Positions 27,130-43,870 of a stretch of 64,000 nt of DNA are shown here, piece by piece. Position numbers and translations under genes: made by a program. Below the pieces are notes generated by a model. It did not search any database. It was not told the origin of the DNA and saw only the letters and a list, made by a program, of their open reading frames with translations. Origin of the DNA: Octopus vulgaris (taxonomy: Eukaryota); assembly GCA_951406725.2 (NCBI GenBank), contig OX597818.1, positions 7,068,001 through 7,132,000 of the forward strand, read 5' to 3'. Within the stretch, counting starts at the first letter, position 1; every line of letters begins with the position of its first letter.

Positions 27130-27505
27130 AAGGGTGAAAAGGAACACACGAGTTGATATATATGAAAAAACAAGTCAAAATAGAAAATGCTAAAATAATT
27201 TTATAAAGAACATTTCAGTACCGGTTTCGGTCATTTTGAGACCTTTTCAACTGTAACGATTAAATAATTAAAGTTTAGAAAAATTAGAAGAAAAGTTTTT
27301 TTCAAGGAATATTTGTATAGTAATGTTCAAATATAAGTGGCATTCTGCCTTTCTCTGACTCCCTTGTTTGCACTTGTGTGTTCGAGGTAAAGAACATTTC
27401 AGTACCGGTTTCGGTCATTTTCAAAATGACCGAAACCGGTACTGAAATGTTCTTTATAAAATTATTTTAGCATTTTCTATTTTGACTTGTTTTTTCATAT
27501 ATATA
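27130..27505. mobile_element. HHR-bearing palindromic insertion (family E) in (TA)n
   Basis: ~27149-27239 is inverted at ~27422-27505. An extra direct copy of the HHR 3' half lies at 27388-27421, and a short tail at 27130-27148. Confidence 0.8.
27213..27256 (-). ncRNA. Minimal type I hammerhead with U3-A8 variant core, family E
   Basis: Minus strand reads TTACAG-TTGAAAA-GGTC-TCAAAAT-GACC-GAAA-CCG-GTA-CTGAAA. Confidence 0.75.
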
Positions 27506-27514
27506 TATATATAT

Positions 27515-27710
27515 TGGTAAAAGCGGTAAGATAACAAAAGAAAGAAAGAGACCTCAATATTATGTAAATAGAGGAAATTTATCTGTAAAATAATATGTGA
27601 CAATTATTCAATAGCCAAGAGATGGTGTTGTGGATTTCCACTTCGGCATCCGAAACTCAGAGTTTTATCTTGGCTACTGAATAATTGTCACATATTATTT
27701 TACAGATATA
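27515..27710. mobile_element. Small palindromic insertion in (TA)n (tail + inverted arms)
   Basis: TATCTGTAAAATAATATGTGACAATTATTCA.TAGCCAAGA (~27580-27620) is inverted at ~27668-27708. The middle holds a hairpin followed by GAAAC, possibly a truncated HHR. Confidence 0.65.
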
Positions 27711-27728
27711 TATATATATATATATATA

Positions 27729-28477
<749 letters not shown>

Positions 28478-28560
28478 GGTCCCGGGTTGATTCGGGGTTA
28501 ACCACAGTAAATAAGGTACTCAATACATAGCAGAGTAAAATTAATTTATTATATAGAAGG

Positions 28561-28611
28561 AGCTTCTACAGGACTAGAACTGTTTCATTCAAGAGAAATC
28601 TTCAGGAAGCT
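28561..28611 (-). ncRNA. Type I hammerhead ribozyme, family C
   Basis: Reverse complement of 28627-28677. Confidence 0.85.
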
Positions 28612-28626
28612 CAGTAACTGTAACAG

Positions 28627-28677
28627 AGCTTCCTGAAGATTTCTCTTGAATGAAACAGTTCTAGTCCTGTAGAAGCT
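28627..28677 (+). ncRNA. Type I hammerhead ribozyme, family C
   Basis: AGCTTC-CTGAAGA (28633-28639)-TTTCTCTTGAAT-GAAA-CAG-TTCTAGTC-CT-GTA (28669-28671)-GAAGCT. Confidence 0.85.
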
Positions 28678-28689
28678 CCTTCTATATAA

Positions 28690-28747
<58 letters not shown>

Positions 28748-28887
28748 AAATGGGACAAGAACGCAAAACATCCAGAAGACGATACAAAAAACACGGACGG
28801 GTCATTCGAAGCTTTTAATTTTCAGTCCAGAACCGGATCATCCTCGCAATTTCGGCTGAATAATTATCTATCTATCTCTATATATAT

Positions 28888-28976
<89 letters not shown>

Positions 28977-30067
28977 CCTTTATATATGTACGCATTCATG
29001 AATGTATGTATGTGTGTATGTATCTTTGTGAATGCATGTGTAACTATGCGTATGCGTATGTGTGTTTTTGAATATCTGATATTGAAATTACAATGTTTAC
29101 TCCTGTAAATATACGGGTTATATAGTTTGCAACATTTTAATCAAATCGTATTCATATTTACAGTAGTTTAAAGAGGGTATGCTTTTTTTCGTTTTGAAAA
29201 CGGGCGAAATAGAAGAAGAATGCAGGAACTATAATTAAACCTCGGTCTTCTCAAGTATTGCCACAGTCATTTCAAAGAGATTCTGATTCTTCTACATATT
29301 CCTAAATTCATTCAGATGTTGGGTCTATTTTAAATGAAGATTAAAATTGTTTAAGTTGCTAACCATGGATTTGAACCGAGAAATGTTATTAAAAGCGTCC
29401 ATGTGCGAGCTAATACAATGATGCCTTGCTCTCTATCTTTGTGATGGTGGAGATCTTCTTATGCATAGTACAGTTACTTTGGAATTAATGTATCCGATTT
29501 CTGGCTGGTTCTTTACCTACCTGAATAAACTTACTTTCAAGTGACTGTATATGTATGAATGAATGAATGAAAGAATGTATGTATGTATGCATGTATGTAT
29601 GTATGTATGTATGTATGTATGTATGTATGTATGTATGTATGTATGTATGTATGTATGTATGTATGTATGTTCACACACATATAAGCATATGTGCTTGCGA
29701 ATATATAATTGTTTGTCTGAGTACATGTGTGTCGGATTGATCCTGTATGCCTTCATATTACTGCATACATTATGCATTCATGTTTGTGCGTATAGGTGTA
29801 TCTGTGCGCATGAGCACACTGTGTGAATGTATGCATATAGTGTGTGCGTGTGTGTGTGTGCATGTGTGCGCGTGTGTGTGTGCGTAACTGAATAGGTTTG
29901 AATATATGATTGTGAATATGTAATACATACACACATACACATATGCTAAGAAACACATACGTACTTGTACACACACACACATATATATATATGTATATAT
30001 GTGTATATGTATGTGTGTGTATCTATCTATCTATCTATCTATATATATCTATCTATCTATCTATCTA

Positions 30068-30120
<53 letters not shown>

Positions 30121-30212
30121 CATACATGTATGTATGTATGTATGTATGTATGTATGCATATATATGTTATGTATACAGATATACATACAGATATATATAT
30201 ATATATGTATAC

Positions 30213-30256
<44 letters not shown>

Positions 30257-30616
30257 ATATGTTTGTATGTATATGCGTTAACATATACATACCAAGTTAC
30301 GTACAGTCGTGTATGCATATTTATGAAATACTAGTGTGTATCAATGCGTGTGTGTTGCCATGATCGCATTGATGTTTTCGCATATATATTGTATATTCTC
30401 GTCTGTGTGTGTGCATATGTGTGAGTTCCTGTGAGCAATAAAATGCCCAACAACCAATAGTTGACCAGCAGAGCGGATCAGCTTTGAGTGTGCAGCAGGC
30501 ATAACGGTGTAACCTGGCTACAGAACAGAACAGAACAGAAGAGAGAATTTGGTGAAGAAAAACTGGAAAACTGCTTGTGTTCATAAGAGTACAGATATGG
30601 AACTAATATGATGCTA

Positions 30617-30676
<60 letters not shown>

Positions 30677-30758
30677 TAGCAGCAGCAGCGGCGGCGGCGG
30701 GAGCGGTGGTAGTGGTGTTGTTAGTGGTTGTAATGGCCGCAGCTGCATCAGCAGTTGC

Positions 30759-30858
<100 letters not shown>

Positions 30859-31072
30859 CTTAGGAAGCAACCAAGCACACTAGTTATAGCACTGTACAAA
30901 AGGCTTATAGGCATTTCGTCGGAATGTGCTGAGCTCAAATGCTGCCGAGGACATATTTTGCCTTTCCGTTTCTCGGGGTCGATAAAATAAGTACCAGTTA
31001 AACGCTGGCATCATGATAATCGACTTATTCCTTTCCCCGAAATTGTTGGTCTTGTGCCAAAATTTGGAACTA

Positions 31073-31216
<144 letters not shown>

Positions 31217-31225
31217 TTGTTATTA

Positions 31226-31292
<67 letters not shown>

Positions 31293-31319
31293 TGTTGTTG
31301 TTGTTGTTATTACTATTAC

Positions 31320-31920
31320 TGAGTGAGAGAGCAGTGCATGCTAACAAAGTGACACTGGGGTAAAATATACGAAGCCCAGTATACCCATCATAACTATCCG
31401 TCTGATAAGGTACTACGCGTCTGGCAAGGTACTACACGTCTGATAAAGTACTACGCGTCTGATAAGGGCACATGCATCACACCATATGTGCGCGACATGG
31501 TGATCTCATATCAAAGTTAACAGCACATGACCTTGCAAGGTGGAGCCCAGTTAGAATTTTCTTCAGGTCGAGTAGGCCATCCCGCTCAAAAGGTCCCTGA
31601 ATAAGGATTGTTTAAGGATGTTGAACGAAACACCTGTTTTCAAAGGTGCATTATCCAAATCCCGAAGAATTCCTCTCAACACATGGCTATGATGCACCCC
31701 CACTATTTCTGCTGGCGATCAGAGATGCACGTATTGTCAGCCACTAAGGGACATGCTGAAGTGGTTAAGGTCAAACAACTTGACAAGCAAATCTGTTGTA
31801 TTGAGCAGGATATTTGCTGTAGCCCATCTTTTATACCAAGACAAAACAATCTACATGAAAAAACTTCCAGTCTGTTAATATGAGAAGCCATGAGAGCCAC
31901 TGCCTGGCACTGCATCAGAG

Positions 31921-31921
<1 letters not shown>
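31320..31921. mobile_element. ~600-bp complex element embedded in (TAT/AAT)n, with an internal 19-bp tandem repeat
   Basis: Bounded on both sides by (TAT)n. GTCTGATAAGGTACTACGC occurs ~3.5 times at ~31400-31467. Confidence 0.5.
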
Positions 31922-31969
<48 letters not shown>

Positions 31970-31971
<2 letters not shown>

Positions 31972-32172
31972 GGGAGCATTGTGACAGAATCTTTAGCACG
32001 CTGGACGAAATGCTTAGCGGTATTTCGCCCGTCGCTCGGTTTTGAGTTCAAATCCCGCCCAGGTTAACTTTCCCTCTCATCCTTTTGGGGTCGATAAAAT
32101 AAGTACCAGTTGAACGCTGAGGTTGATGTAATCTATTAGTCTCCTCCCCCCAAATTTCTTTAGTAGAAAGGG
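31970..32172 (+). mobile_element. SINE-like repeat, family 2; other copies at ~30860-31075, ~49462-49680 (+) and ~49800-50106 (-)
   Basis: B-box-like GAGTTCAAATCC, followed by the shared core GGGGTCGATAAAATAAGTACCAGTT. Confidence 0.7.
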
Positions 32173-32234
<62 letters not shown>

Positions 32235-32747
32235 GCTACTACTACTATTACTATCATGAAAGGTGTTAGTGGCAGTTTGTAAAAGTGGCGAATGGATTTC
32301 GAGTAGCAATTGGCAAAATGTGCGGGTGTTTTGAATTCCAATCCTCCTCAGATTAACTTTGTCTATAATCTGTCTGTTTTCGATGATATTAATAAACAGT
32401 CGAATGGCTGCGTGATTGCTCCTTTTACTTGACTTAAGAATTCGGTATCATTTCTTCTGTAGAAACAGTAGACAACTGATAGATTAATTGGCGATAATGA
32501 TATACATCCTTGAATTCAAGTACCACTGAGGTAAACTTTGTCTTTCTTCATTTTCGAGGCCGCTAAAATAAAGTACGATTTATGTGCACTGATTCGCTAT
32601 TATCGACTAATACCTCGCCTAAGAAATGATGCCTTTGAGCCGTAGTCTGAGACCTTTACTATGGCTGCTGCTGTGGATAATAACGGCAGTAACAGCAGCA
32701 GCAGTGAAAACATTACTAGAAACAGCTGCGGCACCAGCAGCAGCAGC

Positions 32748-32819
<72 letters not shown>

Positions 32820-33341
32820 GGTGGTGGTGGTGGTGGCGGCGGCGGCGGCGGTGGTGGTGGTGGTGGCAGCAGTAAAGAAAGAAAGAAAGAAAGAAGAAGA
32901 AGAAGAAGAAGAAGAAGAAGAAGAAGAAGAAGAAGAAGAAGAAGAAGAAGAAGAAGAAGAAGAAGAAGAAGAAGAAGAAATATAAACACGCAGGTTGTAG
33001 GAAAAAAAGAATATTAAAAATCGAAGTAAAACGAATTAAATAACACAGATGAAAACGAAGGCGGGGAAGACGAAAAGTGGCATTAGAAGAAAGTAGTCTT
33101 ACAGCATGATGAATTAATATCATAAAACTTATTTGTGGGAGTCCAAATTAGAATCTTGTTTATTTGCATGTTTGGTTCTAATTTACAAGTTTGATTTAGC
33201 TTCTCCGTGTGGATTTGCGAATTTGTATGGAATGTTTTTTAAATGCAGTTTATATATTTAATTATTCTTCCATTTTATGCTTTGAATTTTGTATATGTGT
33301 ATATATACAAATACACAAACATATATGCGCGTGTTTGTGCG

Positions 33342-33373
<32 letters not shown>

Positions 33374-33473
33374 TCGTAGGTATATATATATATATATATA
33401 TATATGTGTATATGCATGTATATATAACTACCTGCATACCTGCATACGCACATTCGAACATATACATACATGC

Positions 33474-33527
<54 letters not shown>

Positions 33528-34383
33528 TCACTTATGTATACTTATTTGAGATCTTCAAAGCTTTACATACAGTTGTATAACTTAGAGAGCCTCGGTGTGA
33601 AATCTGATCCGTGACAAAATTCTTTCCAGATAAAAGAACGGTCATGGAGATAAAACGCTTCCATAACCAGTTTAGTCGATGAATAAAGGTGATGGTATTA
33701 GAATATGCCGGTTATTTGATGTGATATTCGCGTTTTCCTTTACTTTTACGTTTATTTTTATTTTATTTCATTTCGTTCTTCAACACACTTTTATTTATTT
33801 TCTTGCGTTGTTATTTTCCTTTTGATGGTATTCATGTTGTTTTCACCTTCTTTTTTTTTTCTTACTGTATTTCTGAAATGCATCACACTTTAATACTTCG
33901 AAGTTAAATAAATTCAGAGTAAATTTATAGATGTGTGGAACTGTGGAAACATATAACAATACATACATTCATACATGCAAGCATACCTACGTATATATAT
34001 AAATACCTATATACATACGTAAATATATACATATATATGCATGCCATCATACATACATACATGCAAGCATACATACATACATACATACATGCATACATAC
34101 ACACATACATACATACATACATACATACATACATACATACATAGCTAGTTCCTGAAGAAAGATGCATGTTTGAATGCTTGTGATCTGGTGTGTTTCTGTT
34201 CCTCTCTATTTCTCGCCCTCGTCTTCTATATCCCACTTTCAATGACTGTATGCGTAAGTTATAACCAATGTGATTCCGTTTTGTTGGTGTGCGTTCGCAG
34301 GATTCACTTTTTAATAAAGGTGCGTGATATGATTTTACATATATATTTCATAAATATATAAACCCCTACACACACGCACGCAT

Positions 34384-34426
<43 letters not shown>

Positions 34427-35208
34427 CGTATCTATGTGTGTGCATATTCATGCGTGTGTGTGTGTGTTTGCTTTTTATGCACAACACAGCGTAAATCAAT
34501 GTGTATGTATTATTTATCAGTTTTATTTTTACCCCTTATTTTCTCCTCCGCCAAATTCACCTGTGACTCTCCCTGCCTCTATCTTAATCTCGCTAGTTTA
34601 CCTTCTTCCCCACCATATCTTTAGCTGACTTTTGAATTATTTTCACATCACCAGCTAACTTACAAACTGCATGATTCACTTTCATTTCCTGTTTCTATAT
34701 TAATATATGCAAAAAATAGACAGAGTAAACCCTTCCCCCCTCAACAAAATCACAAACTCCATTATATATACCTTACACACATAGACATATACACACACAG
34801 TTTGTTTTTATTTAGTTTTCGCCTCTGCTTCTGATTCAGAAGTAATGAATATTGAGCATACTTGTTCAATCTTTCGAGATATATTTCCTTCTGATCCTGC
34901 ATTTTATAATTTCTTCATAAAGTGGATTGGATTTGTAGAAATGGCAGAGTGGGGACAAAATACCTTTAATATTTATTTTCATCGTTCATATCCTATCCTG
35001 TAATCCGGTTATAAGTTAACTTAGCTTTCATTCTACCGTGCTAGTTAAAATAAAGTACTTCTCATGTCATGAGCTGAAATTTCATTCGATTTTACGGTTA
35101 TTCAAACTTCGTTGTCATGGACCAGTGTGAAAAATCAATAGTTATACCTCAAGATATTTTAATATTATATATTAGCGCGCGCACACACACATACACACAG
35201 ATAGATAA

Positions 35209-35256
<48 letters not shown>

Positions 35257-37837
35257 TGATGCAAATGAACATCATATATATGTACACATGTAAATAGAGA
35301 GAAAGCAAAGATTTCAAATTGTTAGACGATGAATATTCATGTATAAATATATAAATATTCATATCTTAACAGGACAAATTTGCTAAGAGGACAAAGACAT
35401 AGAAAATTAAAGTGGGGGAGGTATGGTATTACAGGTCCGACAACTGTTTCTGGGGGTTCAGTATTACATCATAATATTGGCAGTTGTAGATTACAAAAGT
35501 ATGCAAGCCGTAGTAGCAGTATATTATTGTTGGGTAGATCCAGTCTCTGTTTCCACGGTGGAGACATAAATATTTGTTGATATATAAATACCTATATATT
35601 TAAGCTTCAATATTCATAGACCGAAAACTTGCAGTCGTATCTTACTTTCTATTTATATGAATGTATATTTTATATATCTAACCCAAGCAGATTTATTTGT
35701 TTATTTTCATCATTATCTCCTTAGCTGCTCACCCTGATTCCTCATGTAGCCACTCTTTACCCCACAAAATTAATCCTCGGTTAAGATTTCGGAGTGCAAG
35801 TTCAAATCATTTGAGCGTTACAAAGTGTTTTATTTATTAATCATCTCTACATTGCCAGCGTTTGTCTTTGAATCTGCCACACTAGGGTGCCGTATAGATT
35901 AAAATCTTTGTTACAGTCTTATCATGCTGGTATTTATTTCATCAGATTCAATAGAAAGGAAGACAAGGTTCACCGTTTTATACTGCTACAGACTTGCAAA
36001 TTCTTATCCTTTAAACCACTCATACACAAAAGCTATGCTCAATATAAATATACTTGTATAGGCTAAATGTTTTTTTTTATGCAATATTTTTAATTTATAA
36101 GACGTAGGTGCACTGCGCCATGAAGAAAAAAAAACAATGAAACGTACTTTGTCCTACTCATATTCTTTAAGCTATATGTCAACCAAGCACATCTAAAAAA
36201 AATGGCTGCATCCCTCGTATCACAATAAACTAAATGTTATAACTTTTAATTATTTTACACAAATTTTTGCATTTTTCATTATATTAGATATTCCATTATT
36301 TGTACCCAGATTATATTCAAAGATTATATTCATATTCTGGATAGCGCGAGCACGTGTAAGTATGCGTGAATGTATGTATACATCAATGTACAGTATATAT
36401 GTATGTATAAGCGTCAAGTTTCTCACATTTTCTTAATATAATTTCCCTTGCAATGTTCTAGACTTACCTGGTTCAGTGTAGCCTGCCAGATTCCTAACTC
36501 TAGGTAGTGGTCCTTTTATTAGCAACACCTCATTAACTGCTTTCCTGTGAGGTAAATTTAGTGAAAGAAGAGAAGCGCTTGGTGCTGTTATGATGCTGAT
36601 GGCTAGGTAGATGTGTGTTGAATAGTTGTTAGAATTGTATTTCGCTGTCTGCTGCTTCCCAGATAAAACCAAGTCCATTTTAGATTTTTGATTAGATCAT
36701 TTATTTACACAAAACTTACAATATTTACAACGGTTGCTTACCTGAGGCAGTATCACTGGTTATTAGGGTGAGTCTTGTATGCATGCTGTGCTGGGTTAAG
36801 TATTGGCTAACTACACCTTCGTGTACACTTAACCCTAGCTACACCTTCCTGTGTGGCTAGAAAAACTGTGATCATAGTGGCCAAACAATTTCTTTTAATT
36901 ACAGGGTCGTGAAGCGACCAAGAATTCTGTCTTCTCACGGGCCTCTGACTGTTCTACGCCTGTATATTTATATCCATATTTTGGTGAGAAAATCATGGAA
37001 ACGTCGAGTAGAATGTACACTGCTGAAATATGATTAGTTAAAATTCAGGGCAAGTTCCCTAATATGGTATGACCTTTGTTACTGGGCTACAAATATTTCG
37101 ATTCTAAGCTACCCTAGAATACCAAATATTTTCCTACCCACACATCCTATAATGGACACAGACTATAAAATAACTTACCATATTGATCAAAGCATAATGA
37201 CTATGCCCTCTTATGATAGTTTCACTGCTGAACCAGACTGGTGGAGTCATAGAAGAAAATAAAAATGACCCTTTCATAAACAGTCAAAGAAGGCATTGTT
37301 TTAAAGACATGGCACATTTACATGTAGAAAGATTAAGGAATTTACTCAGGAAGTTACCGAATACATATGAAAGTGGATTTGGAAAATAAATGACAAATGA
37401 AGACCAGAAAGTGTGCTACAGCAGTGAAAATTCCTTGCAACATTTTGGCGTGTGTTCAATCTTCAGCAGGAATAAAGTAAACCTAGTCATCAGCAGTGTC
37501 ACAGAAGTATCTAGTAGCTGGATATTACCATTATTTATTTACATCTCTGTGCTAAAACTTGAATATGACGATGGTTCAGTTGCGCAGTTGTATCCGGCAA
37601 CAAAGAAATCCAGAAAAATTGAAACGACATCTTCATGTTTTTAGGAGACTGGTAAGATATAGTAGTGCAGTATATATAGAATTATTTGAGCTCTTATTGT
37701 ATGTACAACAAACACCCGTAGATTATGCCACTATTAATAACACTGGTATGTGAATTATTAATATTGGTGAAATGACTCTCCCTAGACACAACAAAATTTG
37801 TTTCAACACAAAAATTCACATAGAGAACTTTGCAAAC

Positions 37838-37893
<56 letters not shown>

Positions 37894-37901
37894 TGTATAT
37901 A

Positions 37902-39632
37902 CTAGCTGATGTACCCGGTAATACCCGGAGAAGGGAAGGTTATTACCAGTTCCCGTTCCCATTACAATGTTTCATGTTCTATCCCTTTCCCTGTTCAGTT
38001 CCAGTTTAAATGAAAAAAAAAAACTTACAAATACACGGTGGCGTGAGATAGATTTACAAATACTGGCAAGTAATACAGTTGAATCTTACAATTGATTGAC
38101 TGTAATGGTAAGGTAATATCAAAGTTGAATTGGTGGATGGTTGGAAGGATGAGAGGAATGACCTTTTAAAAAAACTTCTTGTAAGAAAATCTCGGCTCTC
38201 GCTGTGGAGTGTAACTGTCTGACTACTTTTCTAGGGTATTCTCTGTTGCTATTACATTGTGAAATTTTAAAATTACGCCAAAATGTGCAAAGTTGGCATA
38301 TTAAAATAATTTTTCCACGTTAAATTTGATTTTGTTATTTATTTCTTACAGAAAAATTGCAGTAAATTGTTACTGAGGTTTAAAACTTAATCAAGGTTAC
38401 TTAAACAGAAAACAGGTTTTGGAAGTTGACATGGTATACATGATAGCTGTCTATCACAAAATGAAAGCAAAATTATTACGAGGAGGAATTTTTATTAGAC
38501 AAACGATAGCAAAGCATTACGACGACCAAGTTGTAAGAATTTCTGAAGCTTTAATAAGTTTTAATGAATAAAGTCATGGGAAATAGTCGAGCAAACATGT
38601 AAATTATTTTAAAGGAAAAAGATCATCAGGGAATATTTTTAGCGAAATATTGCACAAATCTGTCATGATCAAGAGGCCTATCTGTTGAGGAAGGCATGGT
38701 CTGACATGGAATAAACAAAACTTTATATAAGACATTCTATTGTTTAAAATTCCCGACAACGACGGGCTATTAATCTATGGTAGAAAATGAAATATATTAT
38801 CTATAATGTTATTGTATCACTATATTGGTAGAATTTCAATAAATCTTAATACAGTGATTTGAAAACAAATATAAAAACACTTTACTTTATACTTGTTAGT
38901 TTAATATCTGTTGTTGGACATATTGTAAAGGTTTTGACTGAGCATACGGTAGATAATTCTCTAAAGCATATGATAGGTAAAATTTTCTTTTAAAAGTATT
39001 AAAATTCGCTGTTCCCTTCAGTAAACACATTCTCTCTCTCTCCCGCTGTGTCCCTGTCTCTCATTCTCTCTGTCCGCCTCTCACATTCCCTGTCTTTCTG
39101 TCTCTCCCTGTCTCTCCTACTTGCCTGATACTGGGGATTAAAGTTTAATCAATTTTGCCTGAGCAGAAAACAGGATTTGGAAGCTGGCATATTGTAAAAG
39201 TTCTGACTAAGCATACGATAATTAATTCGCTAAAGCGTTAGGTAAAAATTAAAGAAGAAATTATTAAAATTCACTGTTCCCTTCCAAAAACACATTCTCT
39301 CTCTCTCTCTCTCTCTCTCTCCGATCCTTATTCTTCCTCTCTGTCTCTCACATTCTCTGTCTCTCTGTCTCCCTTTTCCTTGTACCAGCCACCTACGTTA
39401 TGCCACAACATTTCCCTCAACGTATCACATTTTGCACCCTTCTCATTTTATCATATAATAGCTCAATCGCCATATGGAGGTCATTATCTACTTTTAGGGC
39501 CCATTATCGATTTCTATTGAAATCCAATTAACTGGTTGTTAGTTTAACATGTATGCAAAGTTTCGTGAAGATTGGTTTCGCAGTTCGAGGCACCAAGATG
39601 GTAACAGACAGGCATTGCCATTTATATATAAT
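37902..39632 (-). mobile_element. Non-autonomous Helitron/HINE-like element
   Basis: Minus-strand 3' end CCGGGTATTACCGGG..CTAG|T. Internal ~250-bp duplication (~38920-39120 and ~39190-39370) with (CT)n. The other end is ..CAGACAGGCATTGCCATTTATATATA. Confidence 0.55.
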
Positions 39633-40029
39633 ATGTATGCATGTATATATATTTATATATATATATATATATGTATATTCACATTCTTGTATTTGTTTTC
39701 GTTACTGACCCTTGTTCGTTCACTTTTCTCAGCAGCTTCTCGCCCCCGATGTCACCAAAGTGGAAAATATTATTGGTAAAGGCGTGGAATTGTAAAAACT
39801 TTTTGGAGATAAATGACGAGGAATTAGTCTTGTATGTGAATTTTCCGTCTGTTCCGTTGTTGCGTTTCTATTCAAATTTTCTATGTGTGCGTTATGTGTG
39901 TGTGTGTGTGTGTGTGTGTGCGTCTGTGTGTGTGTGTCTGTGTGTGTACAAACATTAGTATACATATACGTATGTATGTGTGTCTGTATATAGATAGCCT
40001 ATAAATATATATATACATTTTGAAGCGTT

Positions 40030-41554
<1,525 letters not shown>

Positions 41555-41799
41555 TGATAATACATACATAAAACAGAACATACAAAAATCTGAAAGTATA
41601 GATACATATATACAAATTTCAATGAAGGAGATTTGGGTCTAGGTTAGAAACGGGCTCTTTCTCTATTGACAAGACATCTTGAATAAAACTGAATAGTGCC
41701 ACATACATAAGTGCATCGTCTCCAATGTTATAAATATTTCAAAGGGAATATTAGAAGTTATGTTCATTTTAGCCTTAAAGTTTTTTTTATGCCACAAAA

Positions 41800-43440
41800 A
41801 TCAAATTCTACATGGTAGGCACTTCAACTGCTAGAGATATTAGTGTAGCCCATAATTTCTTTGTTGATGATCTCAAGATTTATACTAAAAATGTTGACAA
41901 TGGAAAAAAACCCAGATAAAGTAAATAATATTTTCAGCAGACATTGGAATAGAATTTGGCCAAAGGAAATGTTCATATTTGAGTGTTGAAGGGAAAATCT
42001 CAGTTCCTTAAACCCCAAACCTGTTCCTCAATATCTTCGGTATCTATTCTGTCCCACCCAAAGAATGATACAAAACATATACGAAGATACTGTGAATAAA
42101 GACAGAGCAACCTGAGAATCTTATGCGAGACTTAAAAAAATATGGCAGTCGGAAATCTCCTCTTACAAGACAATATTCTATAATGCATTTCAGTACCAAT
42201 GCTGACTCCAGCATTTGGGATACTTGACTGTTCTGTAGAAGAAATCCACTTCACAGTTGTTAAAACTCACCAGATTCTGACATCAACTGGAAATCTTCTC
42301 AGGAATAGTGGTATCTACAAGCTCTACATTAGAAGAAATAAAGGAGGTAGAGGCATGAGATCAGCTTAGACGGCCTTTGAATGTCGTATAGTCTCTTTCA
42401 GACACCACTTGCAAAACAACAGCAGCAAAATTGAATACACAAACTTCCTGCTGAAAAATGAAGAAAACAAAACCCTACGTGTTTAAGCGAACTCCCCAGG
42501 AAGCCTTTTCTTCCTGATGATCTCCCATACAACCGGATTAAAACACCGCAAAGAAGACCTGGGTGTGACATGCTCAGCATACCCTCAAAAGAGCAGGCAT
42601 TAGTATGTTTTCCGCACTCGAGACCGCTACATCGCATCATACAAATGTTATGCATTTGCAACCCAAGAAACGGAGATTGCAACGAAATAGCTAACAAACA
42701 AAAGAGACCCTGAGACACATGGAGATCAAAGATGCATACGAAAATGCAGATTATGACGTGTTTCTGTAGAAAATATCACATGTGAGTAGCAGTTCGCCAA
42801 AATGTTATTAAGGTACTATCTCCCGACGTGACACGACACGAAGTTGTCGCAGAGTCAATATACAATGCCATCCGAGAAAAATACGGTCCAGGAAGAAATA
42901 TAAAGAACCCCGCCACTCGTTATTGAATACGTATACAACATCAACAGAAGGAATGCTGGTGGAACGTTCCTATCAAAATATCTGATAAGGGCTAGCATTA
43001 GATTTATTGCAGTTTGAGATTATTGTTGCTTGGGACAGGCAAAAAATGTATGAACCGTCAGAGGGGTCAGCTGTACTGTTCGTGGAAATCAAAGAGAAAG
43101 AGGATAACTATAGACAACTGCTTCGTGACCCCCAGCTTCTATATCCAAATTACAAATTTACATGTATACCGATAATAATTGTTGCACTTGGTTTTTTGAG
43201 TTCATGGTTAAGTGTCAGTATGAATAAGCTTCGATTTTCAGAAAAAGGAATCAACAAACTAACTCGCACAGTACAAATACAATCTGTAACTGGAACAGTA
43301 AAAATATGTATGATTTTCCTCAAGTTTAAAATTTGACATTGTTTTAGTTAATCTACATTTCAGCTCTAGAGATTTGTATCTTTTTAAGAAACCAGCTACA
43401 TCCTCCGAGGATGAATTCATATAATTAAAAATAGAAAGAA

Positions 43441-43441
<1 letters not shown>
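41800..43441 (+). mobile_element. R4/Dong-like non-LTR retrotransposon 3' half (RT end + RLE), decayed, followed by (TACA)n
   Basis: Remnants EFGQRKC, RRNKGGRG, WWNVPI, and KEKEDNYRQLLRDPQLLYPNYKF..IPIII.ALG..QIQSVTGTVKIC. 3' UTR is followed by (TACA)n. Confidence 0.75.
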
Positions 43442-43471
<30 letters not shown>

Positions 43472-43511
43472 CATACATACATACATACATACATACATAC
43501 ATACATACATA

Positions 43512-43870
43512 CTTTGAAAATCAAAGAAAAGAAGGATAGCTATAGAGAACTGCTTTGAAACCTCCAGCTTCTATATCCAGACTATGAATTCATGTTCATG
43601 CCAATAATTATTGGAGCACTAGGTTTTGTTAGTAAATGCTTAAAAGAGAATCTGGATAAACTGCGATTTCAGAAAAAGAATTCGACCGGCTAATTCGTAC
43701 CATACAAGTGCAATCTGTAAGCGGAACACTAAAAATATGCAAGACTTTACTCAAGTTCCAAATGTGAATTTGTCTGTGTTAAATATATCCCAACGATAGA
43801 GGATTGTTTATTTGTTGGAAACCGGCTCACTCCTCAGTGGAAGATTTATATAAAAAAATAGACGAGACAT
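43512..43870 (+). mobile_element. Second R4/Dong-like 3' fragment in the same (TACA)n tract
   Basis: KIKEKKDSYRELL..LQLLYPDYEF..PIIIGALG..QVQSVSGTLKICKTLLKF, followed by (CATA)n. Confidence 0.75.

Noticed and set aside
27615-27680. Complete hammerhead in the small palindrome
   Set aside because: Only AGA + hairpin + GAAAC remain. The CUGA part is missing at the inversion junction.
31400-31467. CRISPR-like short repeats
   Set aside because: The 19-bp units are contiguous with no spacers, in a eukaryotic context.
36405-37150. Possible solo LTR
   Set aside because: The sequence is complex, but I could not define TG..CA ends with a target-site duplication.
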